Source of the DNA: the human T2T-CHM13v2.0 reference genome, Homo sapiens
NCBI RefSeq assembly: GCF_009914755.1
Contig: NC_060947.1
DNA length: 64,000 nt
Strand: one strand, 5' to 3'
This document shows positions 14,701 to 26,461 of this stretch, one piece after another. Position numbers and translations under genes: made by a program. The notes under the pieces are model-generated. The model ran no database searches, was not told the DNA's origin, and saw only the letters and a program-made list of their open reading frames with translations. Each line of letters begins with the position of its first letter. The stretch's first letter is position 1.

Positions 14701-15287
14701 ATAATGTGAATAATGAAATAAAGGAAAAAGAATCTGGACATAGAGAGATCAAATTGGAGGTTATTTTTAAAGTCTTGATTTGGGGTGAGGAAGGCTTGAT
14801 CATGGTGATAAAGGTGGAAAAGAAATAAAGAGATTGATGTGAAAAAAGGATCTCTGCCTCTCGCTGTTAGGAATGGGACAGGGAAAGAGAAAGACAGTGT
14901 CACTTGGCTGTCAATTCTTTCTAAAAGCTACCCTTAGGCCCCTGCCTATTTATCCATGTCTAAAACAAAAGAAAAAAATGATAGAGTCCTGCAGGTGTGT
15001 TTCTCTACAGCAGTCACCTAAGCCCACATTACTTGTTCTTTCCAATCAAAAGGTAGTAATTTTCTAATCTCAAAGGAGAGAGGTACTTGCCCCCGACAAA
15101 TAAAAGTCTAACTAACCATCTATTGTGTTTACTGGTGATCTATACACAATGGTTTCCTTAGCAACAGGGAACTAACAACTTGGTTGTTTGGTGTTAAAAT
15201 GAAATTCAGATTTCAGAAAGTATGTTCTAAAAGGATGCAGTATCTCATGCAGAATCATGCATTTGTCTAGTATTAAAAGAAGAAAAT

Positions 15288-15650
15288 ACGACTGGGGCTA
15301 GTGGCTCACACCTGTAATCCCAGCACTTTGGGAGGCCAAGGTGGGTGGATCACAAGGTCAGGAGTTCGAGACCAGCCTGGCCAATATGGGGAAAAACCTC
15401 ATCTCTACTAACAGTACAAAAATAAGCCAGGTATGGTGGCGGGCACCTGTAGTCCCAGATACTCAGGAGGTTGAGGCAGGAGAAATGTTTGAACCTGGGA
15501 GGCAGATGCTGCAGTAAGCTGAGATCACGCCACTGCACTCCAGCCTAGGTGATAGCGTGAGACTCCATCTCAAAAAAAAGAAGACGACAAAGACGAAGAC
15601 GAAGACAAAGAAGAAGAAGGAAGAAAGAAGAAAGAAGAAGGAAGAAGGAG
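15288..15650 (+). mobile_element. AluS (Sg-like) with GAA-rich expanded tail
   Basis: Dimeric Alu sequence; ggatcacaaggtcaggagttcgagaccagcctggcc; TSD aagaagaaaat at 15277-15287 and 15651-15661. Confidence 0.93.
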
Positions 15651-16954
15651 AAGAAGAAAATGGAATGTACTTGAAAACAGATATTCAAAGTGATTTTTGT
15701 TAATATTGCCAACCTCTAGCCTAACAAAAGGGCACACATTTCAAAAAATTATGGAGAAAATTTAATTGAAAAAAGTTTAGTAACTAAATGAATTGTTGAC
15801 TGACAATCTTCAAAACAGCTCAATTTGTCACAGAAAAAAATGTACCCCTTTTTTCCCACATCATATTCACTCATTTGAAAATGGAATTGTAAAGGGAGGG
15901 AAACAAATGTTTGGTTAGTACCTGCTAGCTAGGTGCTTCCACCTATATGATCTCTTTTTAATCTAAAGATTGCTTTCATACCATAAATTCAACTTAATCA
16001 TTTTCTCCTGTCTCCAGGCAACATGTTTCCTAATGAACACACTTTGTTTTGGTGGGAAAAAGTAGGGGTCAAGTGTAGCCAATCCACTGGGTGACATTGT
16101 TTTGATTGGATCCAAGGGTGGATGCAAGTCTGGCAGCAGTTGAGGCAGTTGGAGCTCCAGGGACCAACAGCCAACATGGCCAGTGCTGCAAGGCAAAGTC
16201 ATGTTGACCTCAGGCACAGGATGCAATAACGTCAGAGTAGCTTTAAGTCTAATGGCTGTGCCAAAGCTTGGTGCTGTGCTGATGATACCTTAAGATAGAA
16301 CGGATGGAAATCAACCTTCTGTCTTCCAAGGCTTCTGCTGGAACCTGGAAGTGGTAACTGAGAAATGCGTTGACTGTGATACATAGAAATGTGTTTCAGA
16401 TGAGAATCCCCTTTGCTTGCAAATATTTATTTTTTTCAATTAGTGATCATATCCAGAAAACCATGATCATGATACATTTTACCAAATATATCAATTCCTA
16501 AATGCTGGGAATTCATACTTACCTCAATATTGGGAGAGGCCTGCAGACCAATTGTGCTTTCTCTGATTGTGTATCTTCTTTATTTTCTTTACAAGAAAGC
16601 TATTATTGGGGAAATTTATTGCAAATCACTCTTATTTTAAAGGGAAAAAATTGGCTTTTTCTTCACCTGGTCAAATTCAATAGGAATCATTGTTATAATC
16701 TTTATTCTGTGTGAAGTATCTGGGGCAAGAGTATCCATCCAAAAGCAACAATGAGGCCCCTCTCTTAACTTTGCTCTGCCTAGTGTCCTAGGTCTCCACA
16801 TGAAATTGTAACTTGTCCTTCAGCACTTAATTATACCTTCCTTCTCAATACTTGTTTTATCTTGCAAGGAAAATTATTGCTAGCAATAAATTTTAAAATG
16901 CTACCATGCATTTAAAAAGCAACGTTTTGCCAAAATGAAATCGAGTTTTTTAGA

Positions 16955-17140
16955 GTCGGACAGTTCTGGATTTCAGCCATTTTATTCATTTCATGAACTT
17001 AAGTAATTTAATCTCTGACTCTCAGTTTCTTCACCTGTAAAGGGGGAAAATAATATTTTACCTCACAGGTTGTTATGAGGATGAAATGAAACAATGTGCA
17101 TAAAGAGCTTAGCATAGTGATGAGTATGTACTCAATATGA
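16955..17140 (+). mobile_element. MIR SINE
   Basis: ctctgactctcagtttcttcacctgtaaagggggaaaataatatttta cctcacaggttgttatgaggat. Confidence 0.8.
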
Positions 17141-17804
17141 TGTTAGGTATTAAAATACCAGTAGTAATAAATTTTACATAAGAAAAAAATGTATCTTTTT
17201 TTTTCTATTTTGCCCTCCATTGTAGCAAAGCCAAAAGAACAATGAGAATCAACTACAGGTGTCCACATGTCCATATTTTCTCATGTTCCTCAAACTCACA
17301 GCAAAGTATCTCCTTCCCTATACCTTGGAAATTTACTCTAAACTGATTCTGACTCAGACTTTCATATTTGGACATGAGTATGATGCATGGCTCTAGGCTT
17401 AACCATTCAGATACATTAGGTACAGTCTAGGGCATTAATACTGAAATACAGGTATAACAAGCATGGATTCCTCTGGTCACAGGCTCAGACATGCTAATTT
17501 TTTAAAAAGGATCTTTCTCTGAGCCACCATTCTGTTTAACACAAAAAATTTAAGCCAGTTATGTCCAGGTCAGTTTAATAACATCTCGGTTAGTTCAAAT
17601 TGAATCTTCAGTCATAATCACTGATTTTTCCCCTTTGTTTTAGTCCTTCCTTCCCCAGAATCAATGATTTGGGTATGTTGGGGAGGTAGAGAGGCAACTA
17701 AAGAAAATGGCATTGTGTTTGCTTTCCTTTCTTCCTGTTCCGGATGTAACCCATCTCATTTCATCCTAGGCACACATGTTGCACAATACTCCCTTGAATG
17801 GTAC

Positions 17805-18250
17805 ATCAGTTAACATTTGCTGTTTAACAAACCACAGCAAAACTTACTAGCTTAATATAACAACCATTTATTTAGCTTACGACTTTGTGGGTAAGTAATT
17901 TGGGCTGAACTCAGCTGGACTCACTTATGCATCTACAGTCAGCTGGCAGTCAAGGACCTCACTCACATGTCTCTAGATTGGCTGTCTGTCAGCTGCGATG
18001 AGAGTAACCAGACCACATGTCTTTCATAATCCAACAGGCTAATCACAGAGTGATCAAGAGTCCCAGTAAGAGCAAGGGAAGGCAAACCCCAATATGTAAG
18101 CACTCCAAGCTTCTACCTGCCATTACATTTTATATTGCTTCATTGGCCAAATCAAGCCACATGTACAAGTCTGGAGTCAATATAAAGGGTGCTGCCTAAG
18201 AGTATAGAAACAGGAAGACATGAATAAATTAAAAGCCATTACTGCATCAG
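17805..18250 (-). mobile_element. MaLR solo LTR (MLT1G/H-like)
   Basis: aacaaaccacagcaaaacttactagcttaa...tttgggctgaactcagctgg...cattggccaaatcaagccacatg. Confidence 0.7.
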
Positions 18251-20228
18251 CCTCAAACAAATGGACATTGCTTGTTTTATGGATATTTAGCTCCAACTCA
18301 GCTCTCTTGTGCTGGTGAGCCAGTAAGGGGTATTACATATTCCAATCCATGGCAGAGACTGTCCAAACCATATGCACAGTCCTCTTATTCTGGCTAAAGA
18401 TGTCTTAGAAACAATTGGTTTTCTTTGTCCTTCTCTCAAGTAACTTCCTCATCAAATTCAAAGGACCACTGTACATTTTCATATGGCCTCCTATGTCCCT
18501 GGAGGGTTCATACAACTTAATGGTAGGGAGTTAGCAAGTATTAAGAATAATGGAGGCTTATCTCTAGCCTTTTCTTATCCAGACCTGCCACACCACATAA
18601 CTCTACTATAAGACTGTTGCATTGAATGAAAAAGAAGTAGATTGCTTGACCAGGCTTCCCAGCTTACTGGTCTCCACCTAGGCTGTAAAACTTAAGTCCT
18701 TCCTTCTTTTGATTTTTCCAACTTTTAAGTGGGGATTTCCATCATGTTTTACTATCCCTGAGATTTAGCTCAACAGCATTTGGGGGCAGAGTACAGAAAC
18801 TCCCAAATTCATGTATGACCCTCTACCTCTTTAAAAATCATCTCCTCTTATCATTCTCTGCTTGAAAGTTCTCACCTTCATTCTTGGAGCTCATTGTAAT
18901 AACTACCCCTATGAATTCTGAATCTTTACACATGAGAGCCATTATTCTGGATGTACAGTTTCTGATCAAATACTTAGTTCCCCTCTGAATTATGCCATAA
19001 CCAAAGGTAGAGATTCTACAGGATTCAGATGAGCCTTGCAAAGGCCTTGCATAATTTGTGGAGGGGAACCGTTGGGGGAAACTGCACTGAAAAATCTAAA
19101 TGCAATGATTTACTAGGGAGAGAAATGAAGAGGCATAATATCTTGAAGTATTAATGGATGGGTTTTCATTCCCTTTTTACCCCTCATTACCCCTCAACAT
19201 TTCCCATTAAAATTAGACCTTGAGGCTGAAACTTATTACCTCAGGCAAGGGCCCAACACATAAAACAAGGAGTCATATTCTTGGAGTTTACTTTAGAATT
19301 AGACCTCTGAAACCCTTAGCAGAGCCACTGTCTCAAGAGAAAGCTTTGCATTATAAAAGCCAAGATTTTTGGAAAGAAAAAGGTTTGATTTTCAAAAGTT
19401 TAAAGACATAGTACAAAGACTAAGTAAGAGCCTAAAAGTTATCCCATAAACAAGAGATTTGGAAAGAACATATGATGAAAGAAGACTCTCCCTTCTATAT
19501 CCAAAATGAAACTAAGTTAGATTGGCTGAGTCGGGGAAGAGAATTGAGACTAATTTCTTGGAAGGGGATGTGATCAGAATCTTAGAAATATTCGGGGCAT
19601 ATTGAGAGCAGAGCCTCATGCTTTATACTTCCATGACAAAGCCCAAGAAGCTAGCAAGCCTTACAAAAATGGTGTCCAGACACATCTAGATAGAAAAGAG
19701 CAGAGAGTCTCTCAAATCTTCTAAGACCCCAAAGGGTGGGTAGTTATGCCAAAGTTATCTGTGCCCTGAAGAAGACTACAAATGGTTAAGAGATGAGTAG
19801 TGGGCTAGAAGAGGCCTTGTGATTTTAACAAGGAAACGATGACAATGAATTCCACGTTGAGAGCGTAATATGTAGGTCTGTTAGGACTGTGGATATTAGG
19901 AAGTAGACCAACCACCCAAATATAATACGGGCTAGGTTTCCCTCAGACACCCACAGAGAGCAGAGAATAATCACGGGAAAAATACTCTTCTTCTCATTTT
20001 AGTACTTAGATTCTACCCCATAAAATAAGAAGGAAGAGCAAAACCTTGATTTTACTGAGTTTTTACCTGAAAAGAATGTTTAATCATCAATTTTATTAAC
20101 AGTATCTTGAATTGTCAATATTAAGATTTCTGAAACTGCACAAAATAGGGTCTTCAACAGTAATAGAAAGGGAGAATCTCATTTTTATACACTTGACTTA
20201 GACTATGAAAGTCTTACCTAGGACAGGG

Positions 20229-20725
20229 TGTATTTGTTTCCTATTGCCACGGTAGTAAATTAACACAATTTTAGTGGCTTAACACAACAAAAATGTATTA
20301 TCTTGTAGTTCCAAAAGTCAGAAGTTCTAAAATCAAGGTATTAACAGGGCTGCATTCCTTCTGGAGGTTCTAGGGGAGAATCTGTGTCCTTGCCTTTTCC
20401 AGGTTCTAGAGACCAATTGCATTACATGGCTCATAGCATCTTCCTCCATCTTCCAGCAGCATAGTATCTTTAACTCCTCTTCTCTTCCCTTCTTCTATTT
20501 CTCCTTCTCCTTCTTCTTCTCCTCATCCTCCCCCTCATCATTATTCTTCTCTTCCTCCTGCTTTTTCGGCTCTCTCTCTCTGTCTCCTGCATCTCTCTTT
20601 CCTCTCTGCTTCCAACACCACATCTCTGTAACTCAGACTCTCCTGCCTCCCTCGCTCTTAGAACTCTTATGATTACACTGGGCCCACTCACATAATTCAG
20701 GATAATCTCCCCAACTCAAGATCTA
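20229..20725 (-). mobile_element. MaLR solo LTR (MLT1C/D-like) with internal CT-rich low-complexity tract (~20475-20610)
   Basis: tgtatttgtttcctattgcc...aggtattaacagggctgcattccttctggaggttctaggggagaatc...gattacactgggcccactcacataattcaggataatctcccc. Confidence 0.8.
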
Positions 20726-20731
20726 GGGGAC

Positions 20732-20822
20732 ATATTCATTCATTCATTCAGCCTTCTTTATTGAGTGTCTGTTCAATGTCAGGAGCTGTTCTAGGGGTTG
20801 GAGATGCCATGGTGAACAATAC
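20732..20822 (-). mobile_element. L2 3' end fragment
   Basis: attcattcattcattcagccttctttattgagtgtctgttcaatgtcaggagctgttctagg. Confidence 0.7.
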
Positions 20823-20835
20823 CAAGTAGTCTGGA

Positions 20836-20990
20836 GTAGGGGCTCTCAAACGTCAATGTGCATTTACGTGTGTATTTATTGTCTAATAAAATGCAGATGT
20901 CAGGGCTGTGCTAAAAAGACAGATTCCTGAGCCCCTCCCTCAGAGATTCTGGTTCAGAGGGTTTGGGGCAGATCAGGAATTTGCATATCA
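20836..20990. mobile_element. MER5-like hAT-Charlie MITE
   Basis: gctctcaaac...aaaatgcagat...agattcctgagcccctccctcagagattctggttcagagggtttgggg...caggaatttgcat. Confidence 0.65.
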
Positions 20991-21788
20991 TAAATTGTAA
21001 ATGTTTAAAGTGGGAATGTTCTTGTGAAAATGGCTCACTTACAAAGGAGAGCTCATCATGGTGGTAATGGCATACAAGAATCTTCAAAGCTAATCACTTA
21101 CCATCTGTCTTCATTTCTGCTGACCCACCCCATGAGTTAGGTCATACAAATTACAGTAAGACTCATTTTATGCAGATGCTAACATACCTACTGTCTCCAT
21201 TTGGAATTCCCGTGTGAACACTTGTTAATTTTAATCAACACTATAAATCTTGTATCATTATCTGCTTATTTATTTCAATAACTCTTAAAGGAGTCTAGAT
21301 TGGATAAGGAAGTAAATAGGTGACTAGTCTCTACATTAGAAGATACTTCTCATGGTTTTACTTACAAGGCAAGCTGATAATTTGTGCTTTTAACTATGAA
21401 ATAAAAGACAGATTATGCTTTATTATCTAAAGGTCTCCTTTGTGTTGATAGCCAGGGCACTGAGGAGTTTGACATCTCTAAGTCAGCATGCTCCACTGAC
21501 AAACTCTTTTAAGGAAAACTGGCCCACACACAGCCCCTGTTTCATTGACAGTGAAGCACATGTTTTCACCTTCCTACCTACAGTATTTGGACCAGAGATG
21601 CATACCCTAACCAGAGTAGTTCAGCCATAGGCTTATAACTGACCAACAGCATGGCCTAGCAAAAAGGAATCAGCCCTAAAAGAGATTAACTAAGCCAATC
21701 ATATTTCCTTTCTTAATAGTTTAAACAAAAAGTCACAGAGGAAAATTGCAAGTTAGCTCTAGGAGCTGAGCTGAAAGGTCATTACCAA

Positions 21789-22163
21789 GGCAGATACAGG
21801 TTTTGTGCAATGTAAAGCTTATACCATTGGAGCAGAGTTGAAAAACTTTTTGAAAAAAAGAACACAAAATTTAAAATTAAGCACAAGGCCTTGGAAAAGG
21901 CCCATGCAAATGAGGAGTCATGAAGCTTAACTTCATTAAGTAACGGTAGACTACAGCCAGCCCATATCCATTTAAATTTTCAGAAAGTTCACAAGCTTGT
22001 TGATGTCATATTGGTAGCTTCAAATCAGCCATGGTGGGAATATTCAAGCCACAGAAATCAGCAAGTATGACAAATCAGGGCATTTTCCCTCTCCCCAAGA
22101 ACGAGTTGTAAACATTTACCAGTGTGACACTTCATTAGCTTATTGTTAGGAAATCCACCTCTG
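21789..22163. mobile_element. MER53-like hAT element split by a MER63A-like element (~21939-22130)
   Basis: MER53-like motifs ggccttggaaaaggcccatgcaaatgaggagtcatgaagcttaa and aaatccacctctgg; insert carries MER63-like ggtagcttcaaatcagccatggtgggaat...aaacatttaccag; cttcatta repeated at 21931-21938 and 22130-22137. Confidence 0.7.
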
Positions 22164-22516
22164 GTCATTAGGTAGCTTTGGTTGAGATAGTCTTTAGAAT
22201 ATAAAAAAGCAGGTTATATAGATTTAACAGTAGAAAAGTAAGGGAACACCCATGTGAAAATGTGTTTTTGGTAGAGCTGGAGGGTTTTGAAGGTTTCAGT
22301 AGATAGAAAAATGAATAAAATGGCAATTTCAAAGAGTAGAAAGGCAAATAGGCAAAGATAGTAAAATATCAACAAGCTTGAAATCAACAATCTTGCAAAC
22401 TTTCTGAAAATTTAAGTGGATTTGGGCTTGCTGTAGTCTACCATTACTTAATGAACTTAAACTTCATGGTTCCTCACTTGCAAGGACCTTTTCCAAGTCC
22501 TTGTGCTTAATTTTAA
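21871..22516. repeat. 134-bp inverted duplication (arms 21871-22004 and 22383-22516)
   Basis: Manual ungapped alignment of one arm to the reverse complement of the other gives about 15 mismatches in 134. Confidence 0.92.
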
Positions 22517-22536
22517 CTTTAAAATTTGAAGACATG

Positions 22537-22673
22537 TATAACACAAAGGATGAATTATTGAGGGGATGGTACCCCATTTACCATGATGTGATTATAACAC
22601 ATCGCAGGCCTGTATTAAAGTATCTCACGTACCCTGTAAATATATACACCTATTATGTACCCATTTTATTTAT
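22537..22673 (+). mobile_element. Very short L1MA1-3-like 3' end
   Basis: taacacaaaggatgaa...catgatgtgattataacacat...aaatatatacacctattatgtaccc; TSD atttgaagacatg 22524-22536 / atttgaggacatg 22674-22686. Confidence 0.85.
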
Positions 22674-23734
22674 ATTTGAGGACATGAATTTAAAGGGAGG
22701 CCAATAAGTATGTGGATTTGCTTTCTATTGATGCTGTAACAAATAACATAAATTTATCCCAGACCTCTGTAAGTCAGAAGTCCATCATGGGTCTCACTGT
22801 GCTGAAGTCAAGATAACATCCTGGGCTGCCTTCTTTTCTGGAGGCTCTATCTAGGAAAGAATCCATTTCCTTTATTTTCCAGCATTCCTTGGGCTGCCTA
22901 CATTCCTTGGTTCTTGATCCCCTTCCCTCATCTTCAAATCCAGCAGTGGTGGGAGTCCTTCTCATGTCGCATCTTTCTACTATCTTCTCTTGTTTTATCT
23001 CTTTATAACCACAGTGGAGAAAGACTCTTTACTTTTAAGGACTCTTGAAATTAGATTGGGCCCACCTGTATGATCCAGGATAATCTTCCCATCTCAAGGT
23101 CTATAACTTTAGTAACATCTGTAAAGTTCCTTTAGTCATATAAGGTTACATATTCACAGATTCCTGGGATTAGGATGTGGACATCTTTTTTTTATCATTT
23201 CCTCTGTTTATTAAAAAACCCTGCATCCTTGAGAAGCACATTTGCAGTGAGTGGGGGATTTCAGCCACTCATGAAAGACTGTTGCAAAGCCCCTGTCATG
23301 TGGCTTACCCCAAAAGAGGCTCCTTAATTGCTATATCTATCCCTGCTCTTCCCCCAGCTGACTTCTGATCATGTGATGACCACTTAGGGCTGGTGAATGG
23401 GGTTAGAGGACAGGTAAGTGGAGCAGGAGACTGTGTTAGTTTAACTTTGACCCAATTTTGACCTTGAATCCTCACTGCAGGTTTCACTAGTATAAGTAAA
23501 GGGAGAAGTGCAACCCTTATTACCTCCAGCACAGGAGAGAATCTGGAGGAAGTCAAAGAGCAAAGAGAAGTTGGATGCTGCTTTGAAAGAACCCAGCCAG
23601 GCCTTGCCACCACCAAAGTGGGCTCCATTCTGAAAGCAGACACTTTGCAGAACTGGAATGAACTTCCTATTTTCCCCCCAAGAGATTATTATAGATAGCA
23701 ATTTAGTTCAGTGCACTATGTACCCCCCCAAAAC

Positions 23735-23820
23735 AGGGGTCATATCTTATCCATTTTTGTACTGCCAGTACATAGTACAGTACCTGACAAACAATTGGTG
23801 CTCACTAAATGCTAATAAAG
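23735..23820 (+). mobile_element. L2 3' fragment inside the retrocopied 3'UTR
   Basis: tactgccagtacatagtacagtacctgacaaacaattggtgctcactaaatg. Confidence 0.55.
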
Positions 23821-23852
23821 GCAGCAGGACACAGTGGTTCCTTCCAGATTAG

Positions 23853-24325
23853 TGACGTGCTGAGAGAGTGTGAGCCCAGAGAGGGCATGGAAGCTCCACT
23901 CTCTCTCCCTCTCCCTCAATCTTGCCCTGTGTACCTCCTTCATTGGGCTGTTCAGCTGTATCTTTTATAATAAACCGGTGAACATGTTTCCCTGAATTCT
24001 GCGATCTGTCCTAGGAAATTAGCTGAACCCAAGGAAGTCAAGGACTCTAGTTTGTAGTTGGTCAGTCAGGAGTATGCGTGGCCCAGACTCGTGACTGGCA
24101 TCGAAAGTGTTGGCTGTCTTGGGAGGTGGAGCCCTCAACCTGTGGGATCTGACACTATTTCCAGGTAATGTCAGAACTGAATTGAATTACAGGATACCCA
24201 GTTGGTGTCTGCTGGAGAATTGCTTGGTGTGTGGGGGAAACAAACTCACACACCTTGTCACAGAAGTGTTCCATGTTGAGTGTGAAGGTGTAAAAGGAAA
24301 AAAACAAATTTTTTTTCCTTTTACA
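23853..24325 (+). mobile_element. MER21-like LTR 3' part inside the retrocopied 3'UTR
   Basis: cccagagagggcatggaagctcc...ccctcaacctgtgggatctgacact...gaattgaattacaggatacccagttggtgtctgctggagaattgcttggtgtg; homologous in opposite orientation to 61871-62789. Confidence 0.8.
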
Positions 24326-24334
24326 TTAGCACAT

Positions 24335-24620
24335 CAGGCCTCAATTTGAATGCCAGCTCTGCTACTTGCTAGCTGTGTAACCCTGGACAAGAAACTTCAC
24401 CTCTATGTAAATGACGCTGACAATGAATCATGAAAACATTCTATCACTTATCAGCTTTGCTTTGTTACTTTGGGCAAGTTATCTAATACTGTCAAGACTT
24501 AGTTTTCCTATTTGTAAAATGGAGACAATACACATCTCTTAAGTTTACTGTCAAGATTATAAATAAAGCCTAGAACTATACCTAACTCATAATGGCTATA
24601 TTAGGAATGAATGAATGAAT
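24335..24620 (+). mobile_element. MIR fragments inside the retrocopied 3'UTR
   Basis: gctctgctacttgctagctgtgtaaccctggacaag; actttgggcaagttatcta...ttagttttcctatttgtaaaatggagacaata. Confidence 0.65.
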
Positions 24621-24834
24621 AAAAAATAATTGGAGGGAAAAAACCTAACAACCCAGTATCCGAAGATAAGCCACAATAAACCACTCGTCTGTCAACAATG
24701 GGCAGGCCCTGGGGGAAAGGTGTCTCACTACCAAGTAAATGTTGAGAACAAGTACAAGAGTGGAAAATGATAGAAAGAGAGTGTTAAGACCAGAAAGAAG
24801 AGAAGTCAGCATTTGCTGGGTAGCTACTATATGC

Positions 24835-25108
24835 AATTTATTCACAATATAACATATGACTGCCTACTATGCTCCAGGCATTACACAAAGTTCTGAGGAT
24901 ACACAGGCTAATTAAATGCAAAAAGAATACTTAGAGTTCGTACAAAGCAGTAGACTGTGCTATGAGAGCCGGTAATGAGGGTCCTAGGTGAGAGGGGAAA
25001 GGAAGACCCCAGAGGATGTGATATCCAAGACAAGGCCTGATGATAAACAGGACTGGCCAGGTAAGGAGGGGAAGAGAGATCCAGGCAGAGAAAAGAGCAT
25101 GTGTGAAG
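24835..25108 (-). mobile_element. L2 fragment inside the retrocopied 3'UTR
   Basis: tgcctactatgctccaggcatt...ttctgaggatacac...ccaggcagagaaaagagcatgtgtgaa. Confidence 0.6.
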
Positions 25109-25672
25109 ATGACTCACAGGCAAAACTACTGCTCTGGGTGCTTCACATACAGATCCTCAGTGATCATCAATCCAGACCAACTCTTTTCTTTCCTTTGTGG
25201 TTGTTATTCCTTCCAATTTATTTAGATTTTATTGTTTAGTGAAAATGGGCCTCTAGTAAAGTGTCCAGTCACAGGTGAAGGCCAATATCAGCCCAAGCAG
25301 AGTTTTACAATGGGAACAGAGCCTAATTATTTGAAAAGGAGGCTCCTAAGATGAGGAGCAGGTGGTACTAAGCCTGCCAATGTCCTCAGTCTCTTGGTGA
25401 CATCAAGTCAAAGCAAATGCCTGAGTAAAGGCCCTTTGCCAGCAGCAAGTATTTTCTGAGAGCCACCCACATCAGAAGGCCCAGAGCAGAAGGAGGAAGA
25501 GAATGAACAAGTCTGAGTGTTCCACTGGAAGGCTGGGCCTCACAAAGACAGCCTTCTGTCAGCATGGTGACAGTCTTCTGTGTGGATGGGGGAGGGAGAG
25601 AGGTCCCAATGTGCCACCCATGGGATCCAGCAGAAACTGGGCTCTGAAGTATTGCTGGTCTGTAGTGGACTT

Positions 25673-26461
25673 TCATCCAAGGAGTTCTTTGGTCTTCACT
25701 GCCAGATGCCTGTACAGTTCTGCCACTGTGTCATCGGCCATTTGGCTGATCTGTTTCTCTGTTAGCCTAATGGTGCCCTCCGAGACTGTATCCTTGGATT
25801 TCTTCAGCTTGTTCATTGCGTTGGTACAAACCTTCCGTAAAGAGTATTTGGCCTTGTTGGTGTTCTGTTTGGCCAGTTTCACCAGCATTTCTCTGTGCTC
25901 TCTGATTACTTGGGGAATGGGTACCCGAATTAGTGTCCCTTCCACTTCTGGGTTCAGATTCATTCCACTTTCTCTTATAGCCTTGATAGCTGCAACTGTG
26001 AACTCTGGGAAGCTGGCCATATTCACCAAAATCAGCTGTGGCAACTTCACGGAGATCTGCCTAATCTGGTTTAAAGCAAGTTTTCCATCAGCGGTTACCA
26101 CAGCAATCTTGTCAAGGGATCCTGGTGAGGTCCCTATATTGAGAGTCTTATTGAAATTATCCTTGCGTGCTTCTATCACAGACTTCATTTCTTCATTCAC
26201 CTCTTCCAAGTTGATTATATCCTCAACAAAGGCAGCACTAATATTCACTCTGGTTTGGGACTTTCCTTTCCCTTTGGCTTTGGCTTTCTTGGTAGCAAAA
26301 TGGTGGACTGGTACAGCTGAATAGGCCACGTATTGCCTATGGCCATGTTGTCTTTCATACACTTTCTTCAGTGTAACTTCTGAAACGGGTCTGATAGAGG
26401 CTGCAAGATAATTGCGAAAGGCAGGGTGGACCATGCGGGAGCACTTTAATCCCAAGGCCAT
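25673..26461 (-). CDS. Uninterrupted 262-aa MRRF-like ORF in the retrocopy (expression unknown)
   Basis: ATG at 26461 in context cagtcATGG; MALGLKC...NLNPEVEGTLIRVPIP...VKTKELLG* is colinear with human MRRF as recalled, with roughly 23 substitutions and no stops or frameshifts. Confidence 0.6.
   Translation of the reverse strand: MALGLKCSRMVHPAFRNYLAASIRPVSEVTLKKVYERQHGHRQYVAYSAVPVHHFATKKAKAKGKGKSQTRVNISAAFVEDIINLEEVNEEMKSVIEARKDNFNKTLNIGTSPGSLDKIAVVTADGKLALNQIRQISVKLPQLILVNMASFPEFTVAAIKAIRESGMNLNPEVEGTLIRVPIPQVIREHREMLVKLAKQNTNKAKYSLRKVCTNAMNKLKKSKDTVSEGTIRLTEKQISQMADDTVAELYRHLAVKTKELLG

Noticed and set aside
19150-20060. Possible ancient LTR or unique regulatory block
   Set aside because: No termini, TSD or family could be recognised with confidence; needs a Dfam search.
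25503-26324. 273-aa plus-strand ORF
   Set aside because: Antisense shadow of the MRRF coding sequence with no recognisable domain.
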